The notes beneath the pieces were generated by a model that searched no databases, was not told where the DNA came from, and saw only the letters and a list, made by a program, of their open reading frames with translations. Below are positions 1 through 9,349 of a stretch of 64,000 bases of DNA, piece by piece; positions within the stretch are counted from its first letter, which is position 1, and the number at the start of each line of letters is the position of its first letter. The DNA comes from Candidatus Poribacteria bacterium (GTDB taxonomy: Bacteria > Poribacteria > WGA-4E > WGA-3G): the NCBI GenBank assembly GCA_963664215.1, contig OY761015.1; one strand, 5' to 3'. Position numbers and translations under genes: made by a program.

Positions 1-804
1 CGCCCCCATCATAAACGCTCCCGGTAGGGTCGTAAAGGCGATGACGATCGTATACGCCAAACCGTACCATGTATTCGCATCCACCCCTTCCGAACTCAGT
101 TTTGACAGCATAATTGCATCAACACGAAAATAGAGCAGGTTAAAGAGATTACCGACCGCGAACGGCAGTGCCTGCTGCATCAGCACTTTCACGATCTCTC
201 GACTCGGTCGGAAACGGAGTTGGGTGAAGCGAAATCGGGTGAGTCCAACGCTCAGAATCAGATTAAGACAACTTGCGGCGAGCATCACTTGGCAGACGGG
301 CACGAGTCCGTATCCGCGTAAAATCGCGCCGCCGCCGATGACGAGAAACGCGCCACGCTCAGCTATCACAGTGAAAGCCTCATATTTCATCTCCTCGTGG
401 GCACGAAAGACGCAGCGATACAGTTGTGCTAAGGAATTGGCAATCTCTGCGAATCCAAGGAACACTATCATCTTTACGATTATCGATGGGTAGAGGAGTA
501 TACCACTGATAATCATGATGCCGTATGCAATGATTGAGAGAATACTACGAATGATGAGGGCGTTACCGAGGTAGTGTCGTGTGTGTTGCGGATGTAACGT
601 CATCTCTCGGATAAGCGGATTTTGTAATCCCAATTCCGTGAGAATCGCAATAAGGTTCGTGAGGGCGATGGCAACAAAATAGCCACCAAGTTCACTTTCA
701 GTGAAATAACGCGGCATGAGCCAGATCGTTATCACCAGTGAGCCGAGGCGACCGATAAGGTGAGCACTAAAAAGGGAGGACGTGTTTTTAAAGATACGGT
801 TCAT
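1..804 (-). CDS. polysaccharide/oligosaccharide flippase-like membrane protein (Wzx/MATE-type), N-terminal part only; gene runs off left window edge
   Basis: Manual minus-strand translation from ATG at 802-804 (MNRIFKNTSSLFSAHLIGRLGSLVITIWLMPRYF...) gives an uninterrupted multi-TM reading frame to position 1; absent from ORF track because no stop lies inside the window. Confidence 0.5.
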   Translation of the reverse strand, partial: MNRIFKNTSSLFSAHLIGRLGSLVITIWLMPRYFTESELGGYFVAIALTNLIAILTELGLQNPLIREMTLHPQHTRHYLGNALIIRSILSIIAYGIMIISGILLYPSIIVKMIVFLGFAEIANSLAQLYRCVFRAHEEMKYEAFTVIAERGAFLVIGGGAILRGYGLVPVCQVMLAASCLNLILSVGLTRFRFTQLRFRPSREIVKVLMQQALPFAVGNLFNLLYFRVDAIMLSKLSSEGVDANTWYGLAYTIVIAFTTLPGAFMMGA

Positions 805-1068
805 CTAATGGGGCGACGTTGATTCCCGTACGTGATTGATCAAAAGGGTATTTACTAAGGTTTCAATTGATACACCTTGTGCCTGTGCTTTTTGCCTGAG
901 CTCTTCAGCGATTTCAGGAAGAATTGCGACACGAATCGCCCGTTTGTGTCGTGTTTCAAAGCGAAACCACTGGTCATCGTCTTCCATGAAATCAGCGGTG
1001 TCTAAGTTATCCCAGAAATCAGCTTCCTCTTCATAAGTTGAAAACTCAGGTACCTGTAGTTCTTTCAT
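805..1068 (-). CDS. ribbon-helix-helix CopG/BrnA-like antitoxin family protein (orphan, no adjacent toxin seen)
   Basis: 87 aa; acidic N-terminus with DFWDNLDTADF followed by a RHH-like C-terminal segment (RAIRVAILPEIAEELRQKAQAQGVSIETLVNTLL), typical of the CopG-type type II antitoxin family; stop abuts the start of the flippase gene. Confidence 0.5.
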   Translation of the reverse strand: MKELQVPEFSTYEEEADFWDNLDTADFMEDDDQWFRFETRHKRAIRVAILPEIAEELRQKAQAQGVSIETLVNTLLINHVRESTSPH

Positions 1069-1187
1069 TTTCTGCGTCTCCTAAAGTTTCGTTTCTCATG
1101 GGTAGTCATATTTCGCGCGGTAATAGGTTTAGCTGATATACATGTGTTACTTTGACTATTTCAGATTTACAGCGAAATGTTTCAGCC

Positions 1188-1877
1188 TCAGTACAATCCA
1201 ATTCTAACATAATTTGGCACCAAAGTCCAGTAACTGTCATTATTGCCGTCCTGTAGACGTTGCGCGCCGAGGTGTGCGATCGTTGCACCGCGTGGAACAT
1301 TGAAAATCGGATCGGCAAAGTGTGCGCGTTCACCGAGTCTTTCTCGGATAACATTTCCGTACGTCAGGAGTCCATCCCCAAGGAAGTTAAAAGGAGTAGA
1401 CACACGCCGTTGTGCCGTCGCTTCACCAAGCTGATCGAGGAACGCATCGACGGGTAAGCAGAGGTCTTCGCTGAGGCGTTGCCATTCGGTGCCACCGCGG
1501 AAGACAGTTCCATAAATTTCGCTCCGTCGGGCATCGAGAAGTGGACAGATGACACCGTTTGTCGATCGAAGATTATAGGCGATTGCCTCCAAGGTCGAGA
1601 CACCAACAATCGGTTTGTCGAGCGCATAACAGACGGACTTGATCGTCGCGACACCGATGCGGATACCGGTGAACGATCCGGGGCCAATACCGACGGCACA
1701 TCCGTCCAGAGCATCTGCTGTGATGTCGCCCCATTTCAAGACACTATCAATTGCGGGCATGAGTCTGGAGGAGTGTGCTTGGACAATATTGAGCGTATGC
1801 TCGGCGACTAAATTATCGCCATCGATTAAAGCGATACTCCCGATAGGGGTTGAGGTGTCAATACCTAAAATTTTCAT
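1188..1877 (-). CDS. tsaB: tRNA threonylcarbamoyladenosine biosynthesis protein TsaB (YeaZ)
   Basis: 229 aa; MKILGIDTSTPIGSIALIDGD... and GIGPGSFTGIRIGVATIKS motifs of Kae1/TsaB/YeaZ family inactive homolog. Confidence 0.85.
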   Translation of the reverse strand: MKILGIDTSTPIGSIALIDGDNLVAEHTLNIVQAHSSRLMPAIDSVLKWGDITADALDGCAVGIGPGSFTGIRIGVATIKSVCYALDKPIVGVSTLEAIAYNLRSTNGVICPLLDARRSEIYGTVFRGGTEWQRLSEDLCLPVDAFLDQLGEATAQRRVSTPFNFLGDGLLTYGNVIRERLGERAHFADPIFNVPRGATIAHLGAQRLQDGNNDSYWTLVPNYVRIGLY

Positions 1878-1997
1878 GCTTTGCGTTGCGATTTTTCTTC
1901 ACCCTTGTGAAATTAGTATTAGTTTTCTCTCGTAGAAGTCCCGAAGGGGTTCCAAAACCCTTCGGGACTTCTCACACAAGGACTCATGTCCGAATGT

Positions 1998-2780
1998 CTA
2001 CTCCGTTTTCAACCGCGCCCATGTCGTTGCGAGTTTACCCTGCGCTTCCACATCAAGCGTATCAGGCAACAGTTTTTTGATCTCTGCCTCACTGAGAACA
2101 GAGGCGTAAATGCGTGAATCCACGATATGCGCGTCAAGATCGCCGGGACCTCCACCTAAACCACCGTGCCGCTTTCCCCAAATTGCCTCTGCATCCTCGT
2201 TATCAAAGGTCACAAATTGGCCAAATGTATAGTCGCCAATTTGGTCTCCGTTTCGATATATCTGCACACGCGCCGTGCCACCGTCATCTGTGTACGAGAT
2301 CGCCATCATAATTAGCTCTCCCGTTTTCTTTTCCTCGAACCCAGGTTTCGGATCTTGGGTGCGGTGAAACCAACCGCTGCCCGCCATCCAACGATGATGT
2401 TGGCGTTCCCCAAATACGATCGCATCGAATGTGGGGTCTGAGAGACGATCAATGGTTAATATTGAGCCTGCCTGGACGTCAAGGTTATCCATGATCGCCC
2501 ACGACACCAAGGTCTTTTCTCCGATATCCGGTCCATCATACCCACTCGCGATTGCCCATTTGCCAGGGTCAACGTTCAATTGACCGTCGTCGATTGTAGC
2601 ACCCATGAGTTGAATGTCGGCAAAGTTACCCGTGAGATCTTCGAGTTCGACACCTTTCTCGAATGTCCAGTGTCCAACAAGGGTTTCTGCCTTTTCACTC
2701 TGTCCCAGCACTGGCAATGATAAATTGAGCAGAAGCAGAACAGCGCATACCCAGGTGCAATAGCGTTCCAGGTACTCCAT
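1998..2780 (-). CDS. secreted concanavalin A-like lectin/glucanase (LamG-type) domain protein
   Basis: 260 aa; N-terminal signal peptide; beta-rich domain; C-terminal motif VEAQGKLATTWARLK shared with ORF 34274-34963. Confidence 0.45.
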   Translation of the reverse strand: MEYLERYCTWVCAVLLLLNLSLPVLGQSEKAETLVGHWTFEKGVELEDLTGNFADIQLMGATIDDGQLNVDPGKWAIASGYDGPDIGEKTLVSWAIMDNLDVQAGSILTIDRLSDPTFDAIVFGERQHHRWMAGSGWFHRTQDPKPGFEEKKTGELIMMAISYTDDGGTARVQIYRNGDQIGDYTFGQFVTFDNEDAEAIWGKRHGGLGGGPGDLDAHIVDSRIYASVLSEAEIKKLLPDTLDVEAQGKLATTWARLKTE

Positions 2781-2998
2781 GGTTATCTCCTCCGTCGTTA
2801 ATTTGGCTTGAGATTTTTCCAGAAACCGCTGAAATTCAGATGTAGTACTTGCGATTAACCACTATACGAACGCCACGGACTTGGCAGCGGTAACCCGCTG
2901 CACCGTGCGCATCCGCTAACAAAATGTTCGGACGCAGTATATCACGTCCGTGGAAAAATGTCATGTTATTTGTGTAGGTGATACGGGTATTTAGTTTC

Positions 2999-3128
2999 CC
3001 TGTAGGAGGGAACTCCGATTTCCGACTCTTATGCCCATTTCTGTAGGAGGGAACTCCGATTCCCGACTCTTATTCACCCCTGATACGGGATAGAGCGGTG
3101 CTGACCGCCGACTACTATTCCCGTTAGT
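2999..3128. repeat. cluster of intergenic hairpin repeats, family A (CTGTAGGAGGGAACTCCGATTCCCGAC, two tandem copies plus flanking GATACGGG partial units)
   Basis: Copies at 3001-3027 and 3041-3067; same unit recurs at 4750-4776 and 12242-12300; contains GGGAA-N6-TTCCC hairpin. Confidence 0.8.
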
Positions 3129-3134
3129 GTAATC

Positions 3135-3971
3135 TTAATTCAGGCGCGAGAGTAATTTTTGGAGGTGTTGTATGTTTCGCTCGACTGCCGTGGCGTCGGG
3201 AGGTTTTTTCGCGAGTCGGAGATATGTTTCAAAAGCGACAATGCTTTCACTATACGCATGATTTTTGTAGTGTAGGTAACCGAGCAGGCGGTAATCAGCG
3301 GCAGTATTCGGTAGTAACCACGTGATACGTTCAGCAGCTGTAAGGGCTTTGTCGTAATTCTCAAGAAGCGTGTAGGCGCGCGTCAGATTCCGCAGAATGC
3401 GTGCGAGGATCTCTTTATCTGTGGCTTCGGCTAACATATTCGATTCCAGCGATGCCGAGTCACCGAGCGTTTCTTGGAGTTTCGCTTGGAGTGCGTCTTC
3501 GCACATGAAAGATCCGTTTTCAAACACGTCAAGCAGAATATCCAAATGTTCACGTTGGTATCTGACGAGGAAATGTCCTGGGAAATTCACGCCCACGAGT
3601 GGTAACCCTGCGCGTCTGCCGACTTCAATATAGACAACGCCTAACGTAATCGGAATCCCTGTCTTTTTATCGAGGACAAAGTTGAGGAAGTTGTTGCCGA
3701 GTCCGTAGTAGTTATCGGTATTTCCTGTGAACCCTTTTTCCTGAAAGAGGTATTGATTCAGTTCAGTGATGTGTTGCTCAGGTAGCGTTGTCTCTTGGAT
3801 CCGTTCCCGAACCACATCCGCCATCTCATCGAGTTGGTGGAGATACTCCTCAATATTGAGTTCACCGTACTCGCTTTGGGCGATAAGCAGAGCACCCCTT
3901 GCGAGTTGAACGTCGTCGCTATCAAGGTTCGCGAAAGAGAAAAATGGATCTGTTTGCGGTTTTTTTGGCAT
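3135..3971 (-). CDS. transglutaminase-like/TPR protein of SirB1 (YchA, UPF0162) family
   Basis: 278 aa; N-terminal transglutaminase-like segment and C-terminal TPR-like helices resembling enterobacterial YchA/SirB1. Confidence 0.55.
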   Translation of the reverse strand: MPKKPQTDPFFSFANLDSDDVQLARGALLIAQSEYGELNIEEYLHQLDEMADVVRERIQETTLPEQHITELNQYLFQEKGFTGNTDNYYGLGNNFLNFVLDKKTGIPITLGVVYIEVGRRAGLPLVGVNFPGHFLVRYQREHLDILLDVFENGSFMCEDALQAKLQETLGDSASLESNMLAEATDKEILARILRNLTRAYTLLENYDKALTAAERITWLLPNTAADYRLLGYLHYKNHAYSESIVAFETYLRLAKKPPDATAVERNIQHLQKLLSRLN

Positions 3972-4042
3972 TTTTCCGAAAAAAGGTGAAATTTTTTTGC
4001 ATTCCCTGAGGATATGTGATATAATTAAAATAACCTTCGTGT

Positions 4043-4115
<73 letters not shown>

Positions 4116-4120
4116 CTTTT

Positions 4121-4630
4121 TTATTGCGTTCGCTGTTCTGGAGACGGTTTAGGCGTTTCGTCTGTGTTCTTGTTGGCTACTGCTTTCTTTGTTCTGCGTG
4201 GGATGCCGTTATCCAACACGCCCATCAGTGTTAAATGGAGTTGAGCTTGCGTCGGCAAGGTCTGAATCAACGCTTCCTCAATCTCTTCAATCTGTCCCTG
4301 CATTTCCTTCCGTTTCGCTCTAAATTGGTCCAAGGTTTCTTGAATTTCCGCATCTGCTACAAGCGAATCCTTTGCAAGTCGATTTAAGGTCTTCAAGTCG
4401 TTGATTGCCTGAATGTCCTTTTGGCGTTTCAGATCCCACAATTCTTCAAGTTGGGTTTTCTGTGCCTCTGTTACGCCGAGATCTACCAAGGTGACACCTT
4501 TCTTGTTTTCATCACTGGTCTTTTGTGCCCAGGCAAGGACACCACAAAGCACGACACACATCAGAATCGCCAAGATACGCTTTCCATAGATACGTAAGCC
4601 TTGGTTTCGTATCCGTTTGGCGTTTTGCAT
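4121..4630 (-). CDS. periplasmic LTXXQ-motif protein (Spy/CpxP-like helical chaperone family)
   Basis: 169 aa; signal peptide ILAILMCVVLCGVLAWAQ; helical, VTEAQKTQLEEL motif; Lys/Glu-rich. Confidence 0.45.
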   Translation of the reverse strand: MQNAKRIRNQGLRIYGKRILAILMCVVLCGVLAWAQKTSDENKKGVTLVDLGVTEAQKTQLEELWDLKRQKDIQAINDLKTLNRLAKDSLVADAEIQETLDQFRAKRKEMQGQIEEIEEALIQTLPTQAQLHLTLMGVLDNGIPRRTKKAVANKNTDETPKPSPEQRTQ

Positions 4631-4749
4631 AAATTTTCACCTCTAACTTCGATATGGAACTCGAAATAAATGCTCTTAATACCATGATACCATGAAGAGT
4701 GAAGGATGTCAAGGACAAACGGTGGAAATGTCAAAGGCATTCAATTCTC

Positions 4750-4776
4750 TTGTAGGAGGGAACTCCGATTCCCGAC
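4750..4776. repeat. family A intergenic hairpin repeat
   Basis: TGTAGGAGGGAACTCCGATTCCCGAC, identical to copies at 3041-3067 and 12242-12268. Confidence 0.8.
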
Positions 4777-4855
4777 GCATCCGGCAAGCATTGGATATAA
4801 CTTGGAGATTACGCTTATGCCGGCGTTGAGTGCCTCGAATCTGAGAAAATTTTGC

Positions 4856-4884
4856 TTGACAAAAAATAACCTATCTGTTACAAT
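4856..4884 (+). promoter_or_regulatory. sigma70-type promoter TTGACA-N17-TACAAT upstream of helicase gene
   Basis: TTGACA at 4856-4861, 17 nt spacer, TACAAT at 4879-4884; GGAGG SD further downstream before ATG 4955. Confidence 0.55.
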
Positions 4885-4954
4885 TGTCTTAAGATTATGC
4901 CTCCAACTGCTGGTACATTACGCAGAGGAGGTTTGGAGTTAAAGGGAGGGTTGG

Positions 4955-7417
4955 ATGCTGTACAAAGGGTTGCAACTGGATCGGTTTCAGGAGGAAGCGA
5001 TCGCGGCGATTAACCGGGATACCTCAGTGATTGTCACTGCCCCCACGGGTGCTGGTAAAACTGTCATCGCTGAATATGCCGTCGAAAAGTGTCTTAAAGA
5101 GAACCGCCGCGTTATCTATACCGCACCGATCAAAGCCCTCAGTAATCAGAAATATCGGGACTTTTACGCCGAATATGGGGAAAAAATCGGCATTGTTACA
5201 GGTGATGTGGTACTCAATCCGTATGCACAAGTCCTGTTGATGACGACCGAGATTTTTCGGAATACTATCTTTGACGATATTGAACGGTTACAAGACGTCT
5301 CTTACGTCATCTTTGATGAAATCCATTATATTAACGATATCGAGCGCGGCACCGTCTGGGAAGAGAGCCTCATTTTCGCACCCCAACATATCAAATTTGT
5401 CTGCCTGAGTGCTACAATCCCGAATATTAATCCTTTTACAGAATGGATGCAAAGTGTGCGGGATATTGACATTGAGATCGTCGAAGAATTAAAACGTCCC
5501 GTTCCTTTGGAACATCATCTCTATTTTAAAGATTACGGCGTTGGTGAGGTAGAGCATATCCCCGCGCTGCGGAAACGAGCCCAGCACGATACGCGTAAAC
5601 GAAAATCCGATCCATTTGACGATAAAACCCCTCCGGCACTTCCTTCTGATTTTGTAGAGACGCGTCTTATTCCACATCTTCGTCGAGAGAAACAACTCCC
5701 CTGTCTCTATTTCTGCTTTAGCCGTAAAGGTTGCGAAGAAAACGCATTTTCATTGGTGTTCGGATCGCAGTTACACTTGCTTAATAAAAAACAGACCGCA
5801 GAAATTTTAAAGCAATTTGATGAACTCTGCCGCCAATTTGACATTGTCGAGGAAAAGAAGATTACGGAATTCCGTAAGTTAGTAGGTTGTGGTATTGCCT
5901 ATCATCACGCCGGGATGTTACCAACCCTTAAAGAGGTTGTTGAAAGGTTATTTACCTCCGGATTGATTCAGCTCCTTTTTACTACCGAAACGTTCGCTGT
6001 TGGTATTAATATGCCAGCCTGTTCGGTGGTTTTTGACAGTCTTGAGAAATTTGATGGACTCGGTTTTCGATACCTCAAAGCACGGGAATATCATCAGATG
6101 TCAGGGCGCGCAGGCAGACGCGGTATTGACACTATCGGTTATGTTTATGCTCAAATTATGCCCGCATACGCCGATTTAAATGAAATTCGGGGTATTGTTT
6201 CTGATAAAATCGAACCCATAGAGAGTCAATTCAATCTTTCCTACTCCAGCATTCTCAACCTTTATCAGAAATATGGCGAAGACATTTACGATGTGTACAC
6301 GATGAGTTTGAGTAACCATCAGAACCGTGTACGGGTCTCTAAACTCAACAAACAGATTGAGGATAAGACGGAGAGACTTCAGACACTCCCTAAACCGGAG
6401 TGTATTCACGACGGTGTTGATGGGGGTGAGCAAATTGAGAAGCATTATCGCCAGGAACGAAATCATGAGAAAAAACTTCAGCGTTTGTATGTAGAGGTAT
6501 CGCAAATCAAATCACAGACGCGAGGGAAAAAACGGAAAAAGGAACGCGCGAAGAAGTTGAGGACCGTTCACAAAAAAATAAAACGTTTTCAAGCAAGTCG
6601 TGAGCAGAGTCTTTGTGACGAATGTCAACATTTGAATACGTGTACGGGAAGATATAAAACCATCCGCAAGGAGGAGGAGCGACTTCAGAAACTCAAGAAG
6701 CGGACAACATCTGTTGAGAACGATCCACAGCGACAGATAGCCGCCCGTTTGAAGGTGCTTGAAGAACTCGGATATATTGAAGCACAATCCATTCTACCGC
6801 GTGGGAACACCGCCGCTCATCTTTACGGATATGAGGTCCAGCTAACCCAATTACTCTTTAGTGGATTTTTTGAAAGACTCTCGGAGGACGCAATTAACTG
6901 TCTCATGGTGGCGATTGTTACCGAACCGCGTAAGGATGGATACTTCAAGCCCCTCAAAGACGAACGTTTGTTAGAGGAACTTTACACAGTCAATTCTGAA
7001 ATTTCGTTCATACAGCATTTAGAGGTCAAGCATAAAGTGACTGAAATCACACCGCTGTTGGAACTTCGGCTCTGCACTGCGATGCTCGCTTGGAGTCGAG
7101 GGTGTGACTTTGACAAGCTTGAAAGATATGCTCGTTTGGATGCCGGCGACTTTGTCAGAGCCTTTCGACTGGTTATCGATCAACTCCGCCAAATCCGTCG
7201 TACTATGAGTGGTCATACTGCCCTCGTTGAGAAACTCAATCGATGTATTGGCAAGATTAACAGAGATGTTGTGGATGCAGAGCGACAATTACGGATTGGG
7301 CAGGAAAGCCTTGATGAAGCAACAGTGGAAGATCCTGGCGTGGATGTAGAACAATCCGTTGCCGGTGAAAGTTCCGATGATGCTGAAACTGGAAATGATA
7401 CATCGGTTGCTTCTTAG
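4955..7417 (+). CDS. Ski2/HelY-family DEAD/DEAH-box ATP-dependent helicase
   Basis: 820 aa; Walker A APTGAGKT, DEIH box, helicase C motifs, Ski2-like C-terminal region with Cys cluster CDECQHLNTC. Confidence 0.8.
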   Translation: MLYKGLQLDRFQEEAIAAINRDTSVIVTAPTGAGKTVIAEYAVEKCLKENRRVIYTAPIKALSNQKYRDFYAEYGEKIGIVTGDVVLNPYAQVLLMTTEIFRNTIFDDIERLQDVSYVIFDEIHYINDIERGTVWEESLIFAPQHIKFVCLSATIPNINPFTEWMQSVRDIDIEIVEELKRPVPLEHHLYFKDYGVGEVEHIPALRKRAQHDTRKRKSDPFDDKTPPALPSDFVETRLIPHLRREKQLPCLYFCFSRKGCEENAFSLVFGSQLHLLNKKQTAEILKQFDELCRQFDIVEEKKITEFRKLVGCGIAYHHAGMLPTLKEVVERLFTSGLIQLLFTTETFAVGINMPACSVVFDSLEKFDGLGFRYLKAREYHQMSGRAGRRGIDTIGYVYAQIMPAYADLNEIRGIVSDKIEPIESQFNLSYSSILNLYQKYGEDIYDVYTMSLSNHQNRVRVSKLNKQIEDKTERLQTLPKPECIHDGVDGGEQIEKHYRQERNHEKKLQRLYVEVSQIKSQTRGKKRKKERAKKLRTVHKKIKRFQASREQSLCDECQHLNTCTGRYKTIRKEEERLQKLKKRTTSVENDPQRQIAARLKVLEELGYIEAQSILPRGNTAAHLYGYEVQLTQLLFSGFFERLSEDAINCLMVAIVTEPRKDGYFKPLKDERLLEELYTVNSEISFIQHLEVKHKVTEITPLLELRLCTAMLAWSRGCDFDKLERYARLDAGDFVRAFRLVIDQLRQIRRTMSGHTALVEKLNRCIGKINRDVVDAERQLRIGQESLDEATVEDPGVDVEQSVAGESSDDAETGNDTSVAS

Positions 7418-7580
7418 GATGTTTCGGTTTCAATGGGTACAACTTTAAAAAGTGATTGTAATGTGACGCAGATTGTATTACAATGGCAGAATAGATGTGT
7501 ATAGATGCTGGTTATTGGGACGCACTGCGGCGCAGTGCTTGAAGATGCTGGCACCTTGATAAAGATTAAAGGAGAATAAC

Positions 7581-8138
7581 ATGGCAAATCAAGATTTTGG
7601 CTTAACCGGTGCACTTAAAGTCCGCCCGGCTGAAGAAAACGATGCAACACATTTACACACATTTTGTTTTCCTGAAAAAACCAAAACAGAGGTTACGCAG
7701 GAACTGCAAGCCGATTTGGAATCAGATGGTCAGATCCATCGACTCGTTGCAGAGTCAAGTGGGTATCCAATCGGGCAAATCACCGTGAGTAAGGATGCTG
7801 GCGATCCTGAGGTAGCCCAAGTTGGAAATCTCGCTGTATCAGGACCCTTTCGGCAATTAGGCGTCGCCGACCATCTCATAAGGGCTGCCGAGGCTACCGC
7901 CGCAGAAAATGGCGCGAAAACGCTTGAAATTGAACTCTCCGCCTCGGAAACGAATGTCATCGACAGATATAAGGATTGGGGATTCGTTGAAAAGCCGCTT
8001 GTTATCCTGCAGAAAGCACTTGATGCAGAAGAGCCAGAAGAAGTTGAAGCAGTCGAAGAACCTGAACAGACGGACGAAAACGAGAGTGAAAACGTTGTTG
8101 AAGCCGGTGGTGAACAGCAGGAACTTCTTAATGCCTAA
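7581..8138 (+). CDS. GNAT family N-acetyltransferase with acidic C-terminal tail
   Basis: 185 aa; QVGNLAVSGPFRQLGVADHLIRAAEATAAENGAKTLEIE acetyl-CoA binding region. Confidence 0.65.
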   Translation: MANQDFGLTGALKVRPAEENDATHLHTFCFPEKTKTEVTQELQADLESDGQIHRLVAESSGYPIGQITVSKDAGDPEVAQVGNLAVSGPFRQLGVADHLIRAAEATAAENGAKTLEIELSASETNVIDRYKDWGFVEKPLVILQKALDAEEPEEVEAVEEPEQTDENESENVVEAGGEQQELLNA

Positions 8139-8266
8139 TGGTGTGACGCAGCCAACGAACCCGCACTGCCAGGGTCCCCACCCATTACTCGGAAGGGATA
8201 CTCAGCGAGGCAAGCGCGGTTTCATGAAGATTAATTTATTTATTCGGTAATGCTATTAAGAAAAGC

Positions 8267-8297
8267 ACTTGTAGGGGCAGGTCTTGTGCCTGCCCAC
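8267..8297. repeat. family D intergenic hairpin repeat (CTTGTAGGGGyAGGTCTTGTGCCTrCCCC)
   Basis: Matches 24340-24373; stem GGGGCAGG/CCTGCCC. Confidence 0.7.
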
Positions 8298-8333
8298 ATA
8301 TCACTGACCGACAGTGGCGTAGGAGAATGAACT

Positions 8334-9218
8334 ATGAAAAGAATCTGGCTTGCCTTGGTGCTTATACTCTTTGGAGTCGGATGTGGCACCCAGAACGAGA
8401 ACCTCGCGAAGGGTAAAGAACTGATTAAATCGGATAAACGCCGCAAAGAGGAACGCGCTGTCCGAGAATTTAAACTCGCACTCCAGCAGCAGATTGATAG
8501 TGCTGAGGCACACTATCTGCTCGGATTTTACAACTCACAGGAATTTTATGAGCCGAACACTACTGATTGGGAGGAAGCATCGATCACTGAGCGGGGCAAA
8601 CAGATGTTCCTCGCATATCAGGCGGAACAACGGAAATACCTCGAAAGACTCGTTTTTGAGACACTCCGTGATGATGATTTGGATGTCCAGAATGCCGCAC
8701 TTGATGCTCTCAGACGGGTTTATAAGAAAGGGGACCGGAAGCGACTCCTCAGTCAACTCCAAAAGGCGATTAAGTCGAGTGATAATCGCGATAGGCATAA
8801 TGCACATTGGATACTTGGGCAGATCGGTAAGGAGGATCCGGGGACGATTGTCCCTATCTTGGTGAAACTTCTGGATCATCGAAGAACGGAAACACGCTTG
8901 AATGCCGTCAAGGCACTCGGCGAGGTAGGCAGTGAACAAGCAATTCCAGCACTCGCTGCATTGATTGAGTCGGGTTCTGCGAAATGGGAGCGCGACCGAG
9001 AAGAACCTGAGGTGCGACAACTCGCTGTTGAATCACTTGGAAAGATCGGTGGTGCCGCTGTGCCAGAATTGGTCAAAATTGTGGAGAATAAGGGGTCATC
9101 GCTGCGTGTTGATGCCATTCGAGCGTTGGCAGTCCTCGGTGACGAAAAAGTTGTCGAACCTCTCTTAGAGGCTTTGAAAGAACAGAGCAGCCGGGATGTG
9201 GTTATCCCTCTTAACTGA
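8334..9218 (+). CDS. HEAT-repeat (PBS lyase-like) lipoprotein
   Basis: 294 aa; lipobox LFGVGC; repeated LxAxxALGxxGxxxAxxxL HEAT units. Confidence 0.6.
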   Translation: MKRIWLALVLILFGVGCGTQNENLAKGKELIKSDKRRKEERAVREFKLALQQQIDSAEAHYLLGFYNSQEFYEPNTTDWEEASITERGKQMFLAYQAEQRKYLERLVFETLRDDDLDVQNAALDALRRVYKKGDRKRLLSQLQKAIKSSDNRDRHNAHWILGQIGKEDPGTIVPILVKLLDHRRTETRLNAVKALGEVGSEQAIPALAALIESGSAKWERDREEPEVRQLAVESLGKIGGAAVPELVKIVENKGSSLRVDAIRALAVLGDEKVVEPLLEALKEQSSRDVVIPLN

Positions 9219-9349
9219 ACACTCAGCTGTTCTGACCCTTTTGGCGCAACTTGCAATCCGAATCTTCATAAGGCTATGTGCGTAGCTCGTAACGTAGTGG
9301 AGAGCGGATTTGAGAAAGGATTGTCAAAGTTCCAATCCATGTCATTTAA

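Noticed and set aside
224-493. Plus-strand 89 aa ORF
   Set aside because: Lies antisense inside the continuous minus-strand flippase reading frame; Arg/Pro-rich low-complexity translation; no RBS.
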